13,376 nt of DNA, taken from IMG/VR virus record IMGVR_UViG_2923344815_000005; one strand, 5' to 3'. The notes beneath the pieces are model-generated. The model had not been told where the DNA came from and made no database searches. It worked only from the letters and a program-made list of their open reading frames with translations. This stretch comes from a virus (Duplodnaviria; Heunggongvirae; Uroviricota; Caudoviricetes). The position numbers and the translations under genes are program-made. This document shows, piece after piece, positions 1 through 7,918 of the stretch; position 1 is the first letter of the stretch, and the number at the start of each line of letters is the position of its first letter.

Positions 1-675
1 CTTGCACCTATCATAAAATTAAAACAAGTTGATAGCAGTCAAATAACAACCAATTAAATACACAATCATAATCAGGATGATGTGCATTTATATTTTTATA
101 CACAAAATTATAGTTTGCAAATTTTAATAAATTCCATTTAAGATTAAATTATTATATGTATATTGTTTTTTATTCTAACGTATTTCAAAGTTACATTTTT
201 CAACGCTTACTATACTTTTTATTAACATAAACTCACTACAACGCACCTGAAACCTCTTGCTATATATATGTCAACCGTTTGAATTTAAAATAAAAAGAGT
301 ATCATTTTTACTTGCATTTCTTATCAAGTCACATTCAACAACAGTAAAAAAACATTATTAGAACCATTCAATTAACAAAAAACCAACATCCAGCTTGCTT
401 AATTTTTCTTTATTAAACGACATTGAAAATCAATTGATAAAATACATCTAAACAACCTTTTGGGGCGCAAAAGCATAACATCAAACAAACAAATAACACA
501 CCGAAAAAACTCACAATTAATAACCTATGATATACATACTGTTTATTATGGTTGAATAAGCCACTCGATATCTGGTGCTACGGAAGTGTCCACACGGTTT
601 AGCAGCACCCGATACTTTTTCCAGGCTTCCAGCAACGAGTTTTCTTCCTCCGTTGCATATACAGCTCACCTTTTT

Positions 676-969
676 TCACCCACGATTAACCAACAGCCAG
701 ACCAGCAGACACGCCACCACCGGCACAGCAAAATCCATCAGGCTTGCCACATCCCATGCACGTGTATCAAAACCGCCCCACCACGGCATATTCATTCGCT
801 TGCCATGCCCGAACATTTCGATCCAGCGATATTCTGCCTGGGTGTGTTCACGCGCAATGAAGAACGTACAACCGGCTATCGCCCCGTAAGCCCAGTTCCC
901 GGTAAAAAGACCAATCAGTAGCTGCGCAGCCACAGCACAAAGCGCATGAAGGAAAGGTGTTATATCCAT
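676..969 (-). CDS. Small hypothetical membrane protein (97 aa) with two hydrophobic helices; last gene of the four-gene module
   Basis: ORF track. Strong RBS AAGGAGGAG a few nt before the ATG, 10 nt after the stop of the upstream gene. Two hydrophobic stretches (about residues 5-35 and 75-95) flank a Trp/Gly-rich loop. No family recognised. Confidence 0.5.
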   Translation of the reverse strand: MDITPFLHALCAVAAQLLIGLFTGNWAYGAIAGCTFFIAREHTQAEYRWIEMFGHGKRMNMPWWGGFDTRAWDVASLMDFAVPVVACLLVWLLVNRG

Positions 970-979
970 TACTCCTCCT

Positions 980-1684
980 TTATCCGATATCGCTTCGGGA
1001 AACGGATAACAACTTTAATTCTGACTCAAGTTCATCAACTCTTTCAGTCAGCTTCTGGATATGGTGAATCAGTGGAACAACCAGACGTTCGTACATTACA
1101 CCTTCGGCAACAAGGCCATTGCTGGAAATAGCTTCAGGAGCATCATCTTCGTTAGCTGGTCGCCAGTGTACAAACTGAGGGGCAATTTCTCCTACTTCCT
1201 CGGCAATCAATCCGTAGAATCCCCAGTCACGCCTGTCATTTTCGTATTGCGACCTGTACCACACAGGGCGCATCCTGAAAATGAGATCGGCGTGCTCTGA
1301 ATCTATCGTCTCTACTGAATGTTTATAGCGAATAGACGATGTTGACCGCAGTACAGACGAAATTGCAGGGTCAGGATTAAGATAAAGGTTTGCCGCCGCT
1401 GTAGTCGTGCCCAATCCCCACATATAAAACGCTTCACGGCCAGTCAACGGGTAAAAATCTCCACCATAACGACCGCTTTCCAGATCGTTCACTTCCAGTT
1501 TGTTTTTCAGCTTATTATCAACTTCAGTTTTTGTGTATCTGGTGCTGATATCCTGCTTTGCACTGGTCATATCAGTCTGAAGCGTTGATACTTTTCCGTT
1601 AATTGAGGAAATATCTTCCTTAGTTTTACTGACATCTCCCTTTAGCGTGGTGATATCTCCTGGAATTACTGTCGATGTAGCCAT
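980..1684 (-). CDS. Tail-fibre-like protein (234 aa): N-terminal repeat-rich probable coiled coil, C-terminal intramolecular-chaperone (peptidase S74-like) domain
   Basis: ORF track. RBS GAGGGAG 4 nt before the ATG. N-terminal region has repeating T/S-K-x-D-I-S blocks; C-terminal part (SSIRYKHSVETID ... GLIAEEVGEIAPQFV ... ELESELKLL) resembles the auto-cleaving chaperone domain of phage tail fibres and tailspikes as I recall it; unconfirmed. Confidence 0.55.
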   Translation of the reverse strand: MATSTVIPGDITTLKGDVSKTKEDISSINGKVSTLQTDMTSAKQDISTRYTKTEVDNKLKNKLEVNDLESGRYGGDFYPLTGREAFYMWGLGTTTAAANLYLNPDPAISSVLRSTSSIRYKHSVETIDSEHADLIFRMRPVWYRSQYENDRRDWGFYGLIAEEVGEIAPQFVHWRPANEDDAPEAISSNGLVAEGVMYERLVVPLIHHIQKLTERVDELESELKLLSVSRSDIG

Positions 1685-1693
1685 TTGTCTCCC

Positions 1694-1975
1694 TCACATC
1701 CAGCCACGAAGTTGATGCTCAACAACAACCGCGTATTTATCGAATATTGACGATTTTTTTACATCATTAATGATGCGCACGTTTACAAAATATCCGTCTT
1801 CCTTAACACATACCGGTTCGCCATCTTCAGTCAGTTCTCCGGTTTCTTTGTACACGTTACCTATCACGTCAATAAGAATATCATCCTGCATCGACTCGTC
1901 ATCATAATAGCCAATACTCTCCATAAAGGCCGAAAAGTCGGCCCTGTCTGCAAATTTGAGTGTTAAATCTTTCAT
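1694..1975 (-). CDS. Small acidic hypothetical protein (93 aa)
   Basis: ORF track. Start ATG overlaps the TGA stop of the upstream ORF (ATGA overlap), with GGGGAGAG upstream, suggesting translational coupling. No family recognised. Confidence 0.45.
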   Translation of the reverse strand: MKDLTLKFADRADFSAFMESIGYYDDESMQDDILIDVIGNVYKETGELTEDGEPVCVKEDGYFVNVRIINDVKKSSIFDKYAVVVEHQLRGWM

Positions 1976-2916
1976 TTAATACTCTCCCCCATTTGCGCAT
2001 CAGTTAATTCTTTATGCCAGATACGCAGATTACGGATATGACCAAAAAGATGATACTCCCCATTAGTGCCCTGCCCTCCAATTCGCAATACTGCCCGTGG
2101 AACAATTGAAGTCCATGTTGTTTTTGCCGCAACAGATAATTCACCATTACATACGGCCTGAACATCTCCATCAGCGCCACAACGGAAGCCTGAAATGATT
2201 TTCCTCTGGGTTGTTGCCACATATTTATTACACCCTCCCATAGAAATAAAAGGAGAACCGGCATCAGAGAAATTATTACCACGGAATCCATGCGTGAACA
2301 GACCATTTTCCTGATAATCTTTAACATTAAAGATTAATGGTGATTTGCTGGGAGGGATATCCCAGTTTTTATTAACTTCAACAAGAGCACTGAATGGTAA
2401 TCGGTGAATATTGTTTCTTACAGGTATTGTCACCATGTCGCTGGAGCGAGTGCCAGGAGCCCCTTCAGTAATGATAAATGACGTCCTGTACGACCCAATC
2501 TCCGCCTGAGGCATCGCAATATCTAACGTAGAGCCATTGGGGATAATACTGATTCCAGGCATCGCCAGGATTTCAAATCTTGAGCTGATTATCATTTCCG
2601 CATCTGCAAAAAGAGTGGCGGTAAACAACCACCATTCACCGACTCTTTCTGCCGTCACCGTCACATTATTTCCATGAACAACATTTCCCGTAACAGGATC
2701 CAGAACTGCATCTGAATGAAAAACAAACGCACCATTATCAGACATTTTTCCGAACCTTGCACGACACCGGGAATTATCACTTTTCGTCAGACACGATATC
2801 GTCGTATAAGAACCTGCCGGGCAGGTGTAAGCATCATTCGTGTTTACAGCAATTGCCTGATATCCTTGTGCTGTCGGATTTTCATTAATAACAGTTATAG
2901 TCGCTGCCCATCGCAT
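1972..2916 (-). CDS. C-terminal fragment of a tail-fibre / receptor-binding-like protein with a LamG-like (concanavalin-like jellyroll) domain; fused out of frame to the terminase A fragment, native start missing
   Basis: ORF track. C-terminal motif GEYHLFGHIRNLRIWHKELTDAQM resembles the end of LamG-type domains. The ATG at 2916 lies inside terminase-derived sequence, so only sequence below about 2896 is fibre-derived. An internal Met at about 2745 has only a weak RBS. Confidence 0.5.
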   Translation of the reverse strand: MRWAATITVINENPTAQGYQAIAVNTNDAYTCPAGSYTTISCLTKSDNSRCRARFGKMSDNGAFVFHSDAVLDPVTGNVVHGNNVTVTAERVGEWWLFTATLFADAEMIISSRFEILAMPGISIIPNGSTLDIAMPQAEIGSYRTSFIITEGAPGTRSSDMVTIPVRNNIHRLPFSALVEVNKNWDIPPSKSPLIFNVKDYQENGLFTHGFRGNNFSDAGSPFISMGGCNKYVATTQRKIISGFRCGADGDVQAVCNGELSVAAKTTWTSIVPRAVLRIGGQGTNGEYHLFGHIRNLRIWHKELTDAQMGESIK

Positions 2917-3100
2917 TCATGATGGCCCGCTGAAAGGGCAGTGTTTCCCAGCGCCCTTCCTGGTATGCGGATTCTTTCGGGAGATAGTAATTAGCATCCG
3001 CCCATTCAACGGCGGTCTGTGGCTCCGGCCTGAACAGTGAGCGAAGCCCGGCGCGGACAAAATGCCGCAGCCTGTTAACCTGACTGTTCGATATATTCAC
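2885..3100 (-). pseudogene. Terminase large subunit (gpA) N-terminal fragment, truncated after about 68 codons
   Basis: Translation MNISNSQVNRLRHFVRAGLRSLFRPEPQTAVEWADANYYLPKESAYQEGRWETLPFQRAIMNAMGSDY matches the recalled lambda gpA N-terminus, then diverges (NCY, stop). Start overlaps the nu1 stop as in lambda. Corresponds by position to the K-12 DLP12 terminase fragment. Confidence 0.85.
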
Positions 3101-3620
3101 TCAGCAACCCCGGTATCAGTTCATCCAGCGCGGCTGCTTTGTTCATGGCTTTGATGATATCCCGTTTCAGGAAATCAACATGTCGGTTTTCCAGTTCCGG
3201 AAAACGCCGCTGCACCGACAGGGGGATCCCGTCGAGAATACTGGCAATTTCACCTGCGATCCGCGACAGCACGAAAGTACAGAATGCGGTTTCCACCACT
3301 TCAGCGGAGTCTCTGGCATTTTTCAGCTCCTGTGCGTCGGCCTGCGCACGCGTAAGTCGATGGCGTTCGTACTCAATAGTCCCTGGCTGGAGATCTGTCT
3401 CGCTGGCCTGCCGCAGTTCTTCAACTTCCCGGCGCAGCTTTTCGTTCTCAATTTCAGCATCCCTTTCGGCATACCATCTTATAACGGCGGCAGAGTCATA
3501 AAGCACCTCATTACCCTTGCCACCGCCTCGCAGAACGGGCATTCCCTGTTCCTGCCAGTTCTGAATGGTACGGATACTCGCACCGAAAATGTCAGCCAGC
3601 TGCTTTTTGTTGACTTCCAT
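3075..3620 (-). CDS. nohD: Terminase small subunit Nu1 (181 aa), apparently intact
   Basis: ORF track; translation is near-identical over its full length to lambda Nu1 as recalled (MEVNKKQLADIFGASIRTIQNWQEQGMPVLRGG...). Lies immediately downstream of cos. Confidence 0.9.
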   Translation of the reverse strand: MEVNKKQLADIFGASIRTIQNWQEQGMPVLRGGGKGNEVLYDSAAVIRWYAERDAEIENEKLRREVEELRQASETDLQPGTIEYERHRLTRAQADAQELKNARDSAEVVETAFCTFVLSRIAGEIASILDGIPLSVQRRFPELENRHVDFLKRDIIKAMNKAAALDELIPGLLSEYIEQSG

Positions 3621-3860
3621 TGTTCATTCCACGGCCAAAAACAGAGAAAGGAAACGACAGAGGCCCAAAAGCTCGTTTTCAGCACCTGTCGTTTCCTTTC
3701 TTTTCAGGGGGTATTTTAAATAAAAACATTAAGTTACGACGAAGAAGAACGGAAATGCCTTAAACCGGAAAATTTTCATAAATAGCGAAAACCCGCGAGG
3801 TCGCCGCCCCGTAACCTGTCGGATCGCCGGAAAGGACCCGCAAAATGATAATAATTATCA
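3621..3860 (-). other. Lambda-like cos site: cosB with three R-type repeats, cosN cohesive-end sequence, flanking cosQ-side sequence
   Basis: Reverse complement of 3798-3809 is GGGCGGCGACCT, the lambda 12-nt cohesive end, followed by CGCGGGTTTTCGC. R-like motifs at about 3650-3660 (GGAAACGACAG), 3685-3696 (inverted copy) and 3747-3755. Sequence above 3810 matches the recalled lambda right end (CGTAACCTGTCGGATC). Confidence 0.8.
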
Positions 3861-4008
3861 TCTACATGTCACAACGTGCATCTACGCCATCAAACCACGT
3901 CAAATAATCAATTATGACGCAGGTATCGTATTAATTGATCTGCATCAACTTAACGTAAAAACAACTTCAGACAATACAAATCAGCGACACTGAATACGGG
4001 GCAACCTC

Positions 4009-4203
4009 ATGTCAACGAAGAACAGAACCCGCAGAACAACAACCCGCAACATCCGCTTTCCTAACCAAATGATTGAACAAATTAACATCGCTCTTGAGCA
4101 AAAAGGGTCTGGGAATTTCTCAGCCTGGGTCATTGAAGCCTGCCGTCGGAGACTAACGTCAGAAAAGAGAGCATATACATCAATCCAGAGTGATGATGAA
4201 TAA
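4009..4203 (+). CDS. Small ribbon-helix-helix (Arc/MetJ-like) DNA-binding protein, 64 aa
   Basis: ORF track. Basic N-terminus followed by NIRFPNQMIEQINIALEQKGSGNFSAWVIEACRRRL, which resembles the strand-helix-helix pattern of Arc/Mnt-type repressors. Sits between cos and bor. Confidence 0.5.
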   Translation: MSTKNRTRRTTTRNIRFPNQMIEQINIALEQKGSGNFSAWVIEACRRRLTSEKRAYTSIQSDDE

Positions 4204-4562
4204 ACATCCCGGTTTCTTCCACCATCGCACCGGAAAAGCGACTATGAGGGTAACCCTGCGTCTGTCAGCACAGTAAAACCCGGTGTGCATCGTTTTTGAT
4301 TATTCCCGCACACTCACGCAGAAGGAATTCCCCGTCGGGCTACGGTCATGGTTAATGCGGGAATACGGCGACGATACAGCGCAGCTAAAAGGGTAATGGA
4401 CAGAAAGAGCGGTTTATTTCATTCCACAGGATTCTGAGTGCCCCCCTCCTCCAATAGGCTGAGCATCCACCTATATAGTTTTAATTTTCATCAATCCATT
4501 TAACTATCGTTTAATTGTTGTCACATAGGATTCTGCCGTTTTTAACAATGCAGGATAATAAG

Positions 4563-4856
4563 ATGAAAAAAATGTTGTTTTCTGCCGCTCTGGCAATGCT
4601 TATTACAGGATGTGCTCAACAGACGTTTACTGTTGGAAACAAACCGACAGCAGTAACACCAAAGGAAACCATCACCCATCACTTCTTCGTTTCGGGAATT
4701 GGACAGGAGAAAACTGTTGATGCAGCCAAAATTTGTGGCGGCGCAGAAAATGTTGTTAAAACAGAAACCCAGCAAACATTCGTAAATGGATTGCTCGGTT
4801 TTATTACTTTAGGCATTTATACTCCGCTGGAAGCGCGTGTGTATTGCTCACAATAA
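4563..4856 (+). CDS. borD: Bor/Iss-family outer-membrane lipoprotein (97 aa)
   Basis: MKKMLFSAALAMLITGCAQQTFTV... has a signal peptide with lipobox LITGC and matches lambda Bor as recalled. Start taken at the internal Met of track ORF 4515..4856. Convergent with Rz, as in lambda. Confidence 0.9.
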   Translation: MKKMLFSAALAMLITGCAQQTFTVGNKPTAVTPKETITHHFFVSGIGQEKTVDAAKICGGAENVVKTETQQTFVNGLLGFITLGIYTPLEARVYCSQ

Positions 4857-4862
4857 TTGCAT

Positions 4863-4888
4863 GAGTTGCCCATCGATATGGGCAGCTC
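4863..4888. terminator. Palindromic hairpin between convergent bor and Rz (possible bidirectional terminator)
   Basis: GAGTTGCCCAT-CGAT-ATGGGCAGCTC gives an 11-bp stem (one G-U pair) with a 4-nt loop. It overlaps the Rz stop codon. No clean U-tract on either strand. Confidence 0.35.
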
Positions 4889-5349
4889 TATCTGCACTGC
4901 TCATTAATATACTTCTGGGTTCCTTCCAGTTGTTTTTGCATAGTGATCAGCCTCTCTCTGAGGGTGAAATAATCCCGTTCAGCGGTGTCTGCCAGTCGGG
5001 GGGAGGCTGCATTATCCACGCCGGAGGCGGTGGTGGCTTCACGCACTGACTGACAGACTGCTTTGATGTGCAACCGACGACGACCAGCGGCAACATCATC
5101 ACGCAGAGCATCATTTTCAGCTTTCGCATTAGCTAACTCCTTCGTGTATTTTTCATCCAGTGCAGCAACATCACGCTGGCGCATCTGCATGTCAGTAATT
5201 GCCGCGTTCGCCAGCTTCAGTTCTCTGGCATTTTTGTCGCGCTGGGCTTTGTAGGTAATGGCGTTATCACGGTAATGATTAACAGCCCATGACAGGCAGA
5301 CGATGATGCAGATAACCAGAGCGGAGATAATCGCGGTTACTCTGTTCAT
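4888..5349 (-). CDS. rzpD: Rz inner-membrane spanin (i-spanin)
   Basis: Matches lambda Rz as recalled ([33 protein letters not shown]...). Start placed at the Met whose ATG overlaps the endolysin stop (ATGA); the track ORF extends 4 codons further upstream. Confidence 0.9.
   Translation of the reverse strand: MNRVTAIISALVICIIVCLSWAVNHYRDNAITYKAQRDKNARELKLANAAITDMQMRQRDVAALDEKYTKELANAKAENDALRDDVAAGRRRLHIKAVCQSVREATTASGVDNAASPRLADTAERDYFTLRERLITMQKQLEGTQKYINEQCR
4947..5129 (-). CDS. rzoD: Rz1 outer-membrane lipoprotein spanin (o-spanin), embedded in the +1 frame of Rz
   Basis: 60-aa [63 protein letters not shown]: lipobox VVGC and proline-rich stretch, matching lambda Rz1 as recalled. Lies entirely inside Rz in another frame. 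Confidence 0.85.
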   Translation of the reverse strand: MRKLKMMLCVMMLPLVVVGCTSKQSVSQCVKPPPPPAWIMQPPPDWQTPLNGIISPSERG

Positions 5350-5843
5350 TGCTGACCCCACAAACAGATTTCACGCTCAATCTCACGACGAGTCATGAGA
5401 CCTTTCCATTGCTTACCGCCAGCATATGTCCAGCGACGTAGCTGATCACATGCGCCTTTGATATCGCCCTGGTTTATTTTGCGAAGAAGCGTCGATGTTC
5501 TGAAATTGCCAGCGCCCACGTTGTAAACGAACGAGTAAAGAGCGCCGCGCGTTGTTTCCGGTATATCAACTTTTATGTACGGGTTAATTTGTCTGGCGAC
5601 CGTGGCAAGGTCTTTATTCAGGAGGGCTTTGCATTCTGCTTTGGTATACGTTTTACCGAGCATGATGTCTTTTCCTGTATGCCCGTGACATACAGTCCAT
5701 ACACCAACAATATCTTTGTATGGTATGTAGCTGACACCTTCCAGACCATCGTTACCACTTGGGCCAGTGATTAACACTGATGCTATAGCAATTGCTCCGC
5801 CACCAATAGCAGCAGCAACGGCTTTTCGTAATGATGGAGGCAT
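5346..5843 (-). CDS. rrrD: SAR (signal-arrest-release) endolysin, phage-21 R-type lysozyme
   Basis: 165 aa; Gly/Ala-rich weakly hydrophobic N-terminus ([18 protein letters not shown]) followed by a lysozyme-like domain; matches phage 21 R as recalled. Start overlaps the holin stop by 1 nt. Confidence 0.9.
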   Translation of the reverse strand: MPPSLRKAVAAAIGGGAIAIASVLITGPSGNDGLEGVSYIPYKDIVGVWTVCHGHTGKDIMLGKTYTKAECKALLNKDLATVARQINPYIKVDIPETTRGALYSFVYNVGAGNFRTSTLLRKINQGDIKGACDQLRRWTYAGGKQWKGLMTRREIEREICLWGQQ

Positions 5844-6058
5844 TATTCACCTCTCGCAGCCTTGCGCTTATCTTCTTTAATCTTGAAATAAAGGTTTGTC
5901 AGGTACGTCAGCAGGCCAAATACCAGGCTACCCAGCACACCTATTGCTGCCCACTGTGAGGGCGTGACTTTATCGAGCAGCTGTAAAAACCAGTAACCGG
6001 CACTACCTGCTGAGGTGCCATAGGCGACACCCGTTGTTAACTTATCCATGGATTTCAT
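5843..6058 (-). CDS. essD: Pinholin S21 with dual-start motif (antiholin from Met at 6058, holin from Met at 6049)
   Basis: [31 protein letters not shown]...[15 protein letters not shown] matches phage 21 S as recalled; M-K-S-M dual start; two transmembrane segments. RBS GAGGTGGGG upstream. The track ORF extends further upstream to 6103. Confidence 0.9.
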
Positions 6059-6103
6059 AACCCCACCTCGCAGACAAAGCGGGTGTAAATTGAGGGAATA
6101 CAA

Positions 6104-6646
6104 CGTATCGCAAAAAAGCAGAAACGTAACAGACTCGGAGTCAGTGAATAACTCAGGTATTGAGTTATCAGCTAATATCGAGACTCAAAAAATGGAAAAA
6201 CCAGCTCGACGGCGGGTTTAAGCTGTGTGACGAAGTAACCACTCTTAACAGCATAACCAATTTTTTACGTACGTAAACCACTGAATGATATTTATGAGAA
6301 TGCTACCGAGTGTTCAAAACACCACCACAAATATATAAGAAAACCTCAACAAATAACCAATAAATAATTTCCGGCGTTATTTTTAGTTGATTTAAATTAA
6401 ACCACCGAATTATAGAACCCCCATAAATAACAGCCATTAATATAAATTAGCTAATAGGTTTATTTTTGTTCAAATAAGAGCTATAAATAGGTTTCGATAG
6501 AAAAAGTTCAGATAAAAATAGAGATCTACTTCACAAATTAAATGAGAAACTAAAACTTACATCTTGAAATAATCACATTGATTAGATGAATATTTATCGC
6601 GCAGTGACATCATTTTTTAATAATAGTTCAAAAAAAAGGGCTCACG
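6104..6646. promoter_or_regulatory. AT-rich divergent intergenic region between the lysis cassette and the porin gene; presumed to hold the porin promoter
   Basis: About 540 bp with no ORF of 60 aa or more, strongly AT-rich, lying between divergently transcribed genes. I could not place -35/-10 elements confidently. Confidence 0.3.
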
Positions 6647-7729
6647 ATGAAAAAATTAACAGTGGCAATTTCTGCTGTAGCTGCATCAGTACTGATGACG
6701 ATGTCTGCTCAGGCAGCTGAAATTTATAATAAAGACAGTAACAAGCTGGATCTGTACGGGAAAGTTAATGCCAAGCACTACTTTTCCTCTAACGATGCAG
6801 ATGATGGTGATACTACTTATGCCCGTCTTGGCTTCAAAGGTGAAACCCAAATCAACGATCAACTGACTGGTTTCGGTCAGTGGGAATATGAATTCAAAGG
6901 CAACCGCGCTGAATCTCAAGGTTCCTCCAAAGACAAAACCCGTCTTGCATTTGCAGGCCTGAAATTCGGTGACTACGGCTCAATCGATTACGGCCGTAAC
7001 TACGGTGTAGCATACGACATCGGTGCGTGGACTGACGTTCTGCCAGAATTCGGTGGCGATACCTGGACCCAAACAGATGTGTTCATGACTGGTCGCACCA
7101 CTGGTGTTGCAACCTATCGTAACAACGACTTCTTTGGTCTGGTCGATGGCCTGAACTTTGCTGCTCAGTATCAGGGTAAAAATGACCGCACTGACGTAAC
7201 TGAAGCCAATGGTGATGGTTTCGGTTTCTCCACTACTTATGAGTATGAAGGATTCGGCGTGGGTGCAACCTATGCTAAATCAGATCGCACTGACGGTCAG
7301 GTCGCCTATGGTAAGAGCAAATTCAATGCCTCCGGCAAAAATGCGGAAGTATGGGCTGCAGGCCTGAAATATGATGCGAACAATATCTATCTGGCTACCA
7401 CATATTCTGAAACTCAGAATATGACCGTTTTTGGTAATAACCATATTGCAAACAAAGCACAAAACTTTGAAGCAGTAGCACAATATCAGTTTGACTTCGG
7501 TCTGCGACCATCTGTTGCTTACCTTCAGTCAAAAGGTAAAGACCTTGGTGTTCATGGTGACCGAGACTTAGTCAAGTATGTCGATGTCGGTGCTACTTAC
7601 TACTTTAATAAAAACATGTCCACTTTTGTTGATTACAAAATCAACTTAATTGACGATAGTAAGTTTACCAAAACAGCTGGTATTGATACCGACGACATCG
7701 TCGCTGTAGGTCTGGTGTATCAGTTCTAA
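6647..7729 (+). CDS. nmpC: Outer-membrane general porin of the OmpC/OmpF family (nmpC-like), apparently intact
   Basis: 360 aa; signal peptide ending [10 protein letters not shown]; porin hallmarks ([18 protein letters not shown]-terminal VYQF). Position between Q and the lysis genes on the opposite strand matches DLP12 nmpC. Confidence 0.85.
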   Translation: MKKLTVAISAVAASVLMTMSAQAAEIYNKDSNKLDLYGKVNAKHYFSSNDADDGDTTYARLGFKGETQINDQLTGFGQWEYEFKGNRAESQGSSKDKTRLAFAGLKFGDYGSIDYGRNYGVAYDIGAWTDVLPEFGGDTWTQTDVFMTGRTTGVATYRNNDFFGLVDGLNFAAQYQGKNDRTDVTEANGDGFGFSTTYEYEGFGVGATYAKSDRTDGQVAYGKSKFNASGKNAEVWAAGLKYDANNIYLATTYSETQNMTVFGNNHIANKAQNFEAVAQYQFDFGLRPSVAYLQSKGKDLGVHGDRDLVKYVDVGATYYFNKNMSTFVDYKINLIDDSKFTKTAGIDTDDIVAVGLVYQF

Positions 7730-7745
7730 TCTGATTACGAAAAAG

Positions 7746-7827
7746 ATATGTTGCGGGAGGCTTTGCCTCCCCAACATATAAGTGGCTCCCTCAAGCCACT
7801 TCCTTTAGAAGCACAACCTTGCTTCTA
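7746..7827 (+). other. Three consecutive stem-loops in the porin 3' untranslated region
   Basis: Hairpin 1 at about 7746-7779 (15-bp stem with one bulge, 3-nt loop); hairpin 2 at about 7780-7801 (AAGTGGCT / AGCCACTT); hairpin 3 at about 7806-7827 (TAGAAGC / GCTTCTA). Confidence 0.5.
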
Positions 7828-7867
7828 ACTATATAAACCTTCTGTTATATATTACCCTTTATTTTTG

Positions 7868-7891
7868 GGGGCGTCTCAACGCCCCATTTTT
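7868..7891 (+). terminator. Rho-independent terminator for the porin transcript
   Basis: GGGGCGT-CTCA-ACGCCCC (7-bp GC-rich stem) followed by ATTTTT on the plus strand. Lies between convergent nmpC and the Q-like gene. Confidence 0.6.
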
Positions 7892-7918
7892 AATAATTTT
7901 TAGTAAACAATTGGCATA

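Noticed and set aside
575-921. Plus-strand ORFs 575..889 and 586..921 overlapping the 97-aa membrane-protein gene
   Set aside because: No RBS, Pro/His/Arg-rich translations typical of wrong-frame reading; the minus-strand gene has a perfect RBS and tight coupling to its operon.
676-969. Lipoprotein reading of the 97-aa protein (Cys at residue 11)
   Set aside because: No basic N-region and the residues before the Cys (H-A-L) do not form a lipobox; it looks like a two-helix integral membrane protein.
2004-2327. 107-aa minus-strand ORF inside the LamG-like fibre ORF in another frame
   Set aside because: Fully embedded in the longer ORF, with no independent start signal.
3139-3719. Plus-strand ORFs (3139..3501, 3180..3719) and minus-strand ORF 3479..3685 overlapping nu1 and cos
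   Set aside because: They are antisense to, or overlap, a near-perfect Nu1 coding sequence and the cos site; the low-complexity Ser/Arg-rich translations are typical of antisense frames.
4542-5254. ORFs 4542..4775 (-), 4837..5049 (+) and 5063..5254 (+) overlapping bor and Rz/Rz1
   Set aside because: Antisense to genes that match known Bor, Rz and Rz1; Cys- or Gly-rich low-complexity translations. Rz1 is the only overlapping frame I accept.
2885-6103. A functional, inducible phage
   Set aside because: Terminase A is truncated and no portal, capsid or tail genes are present in the window.
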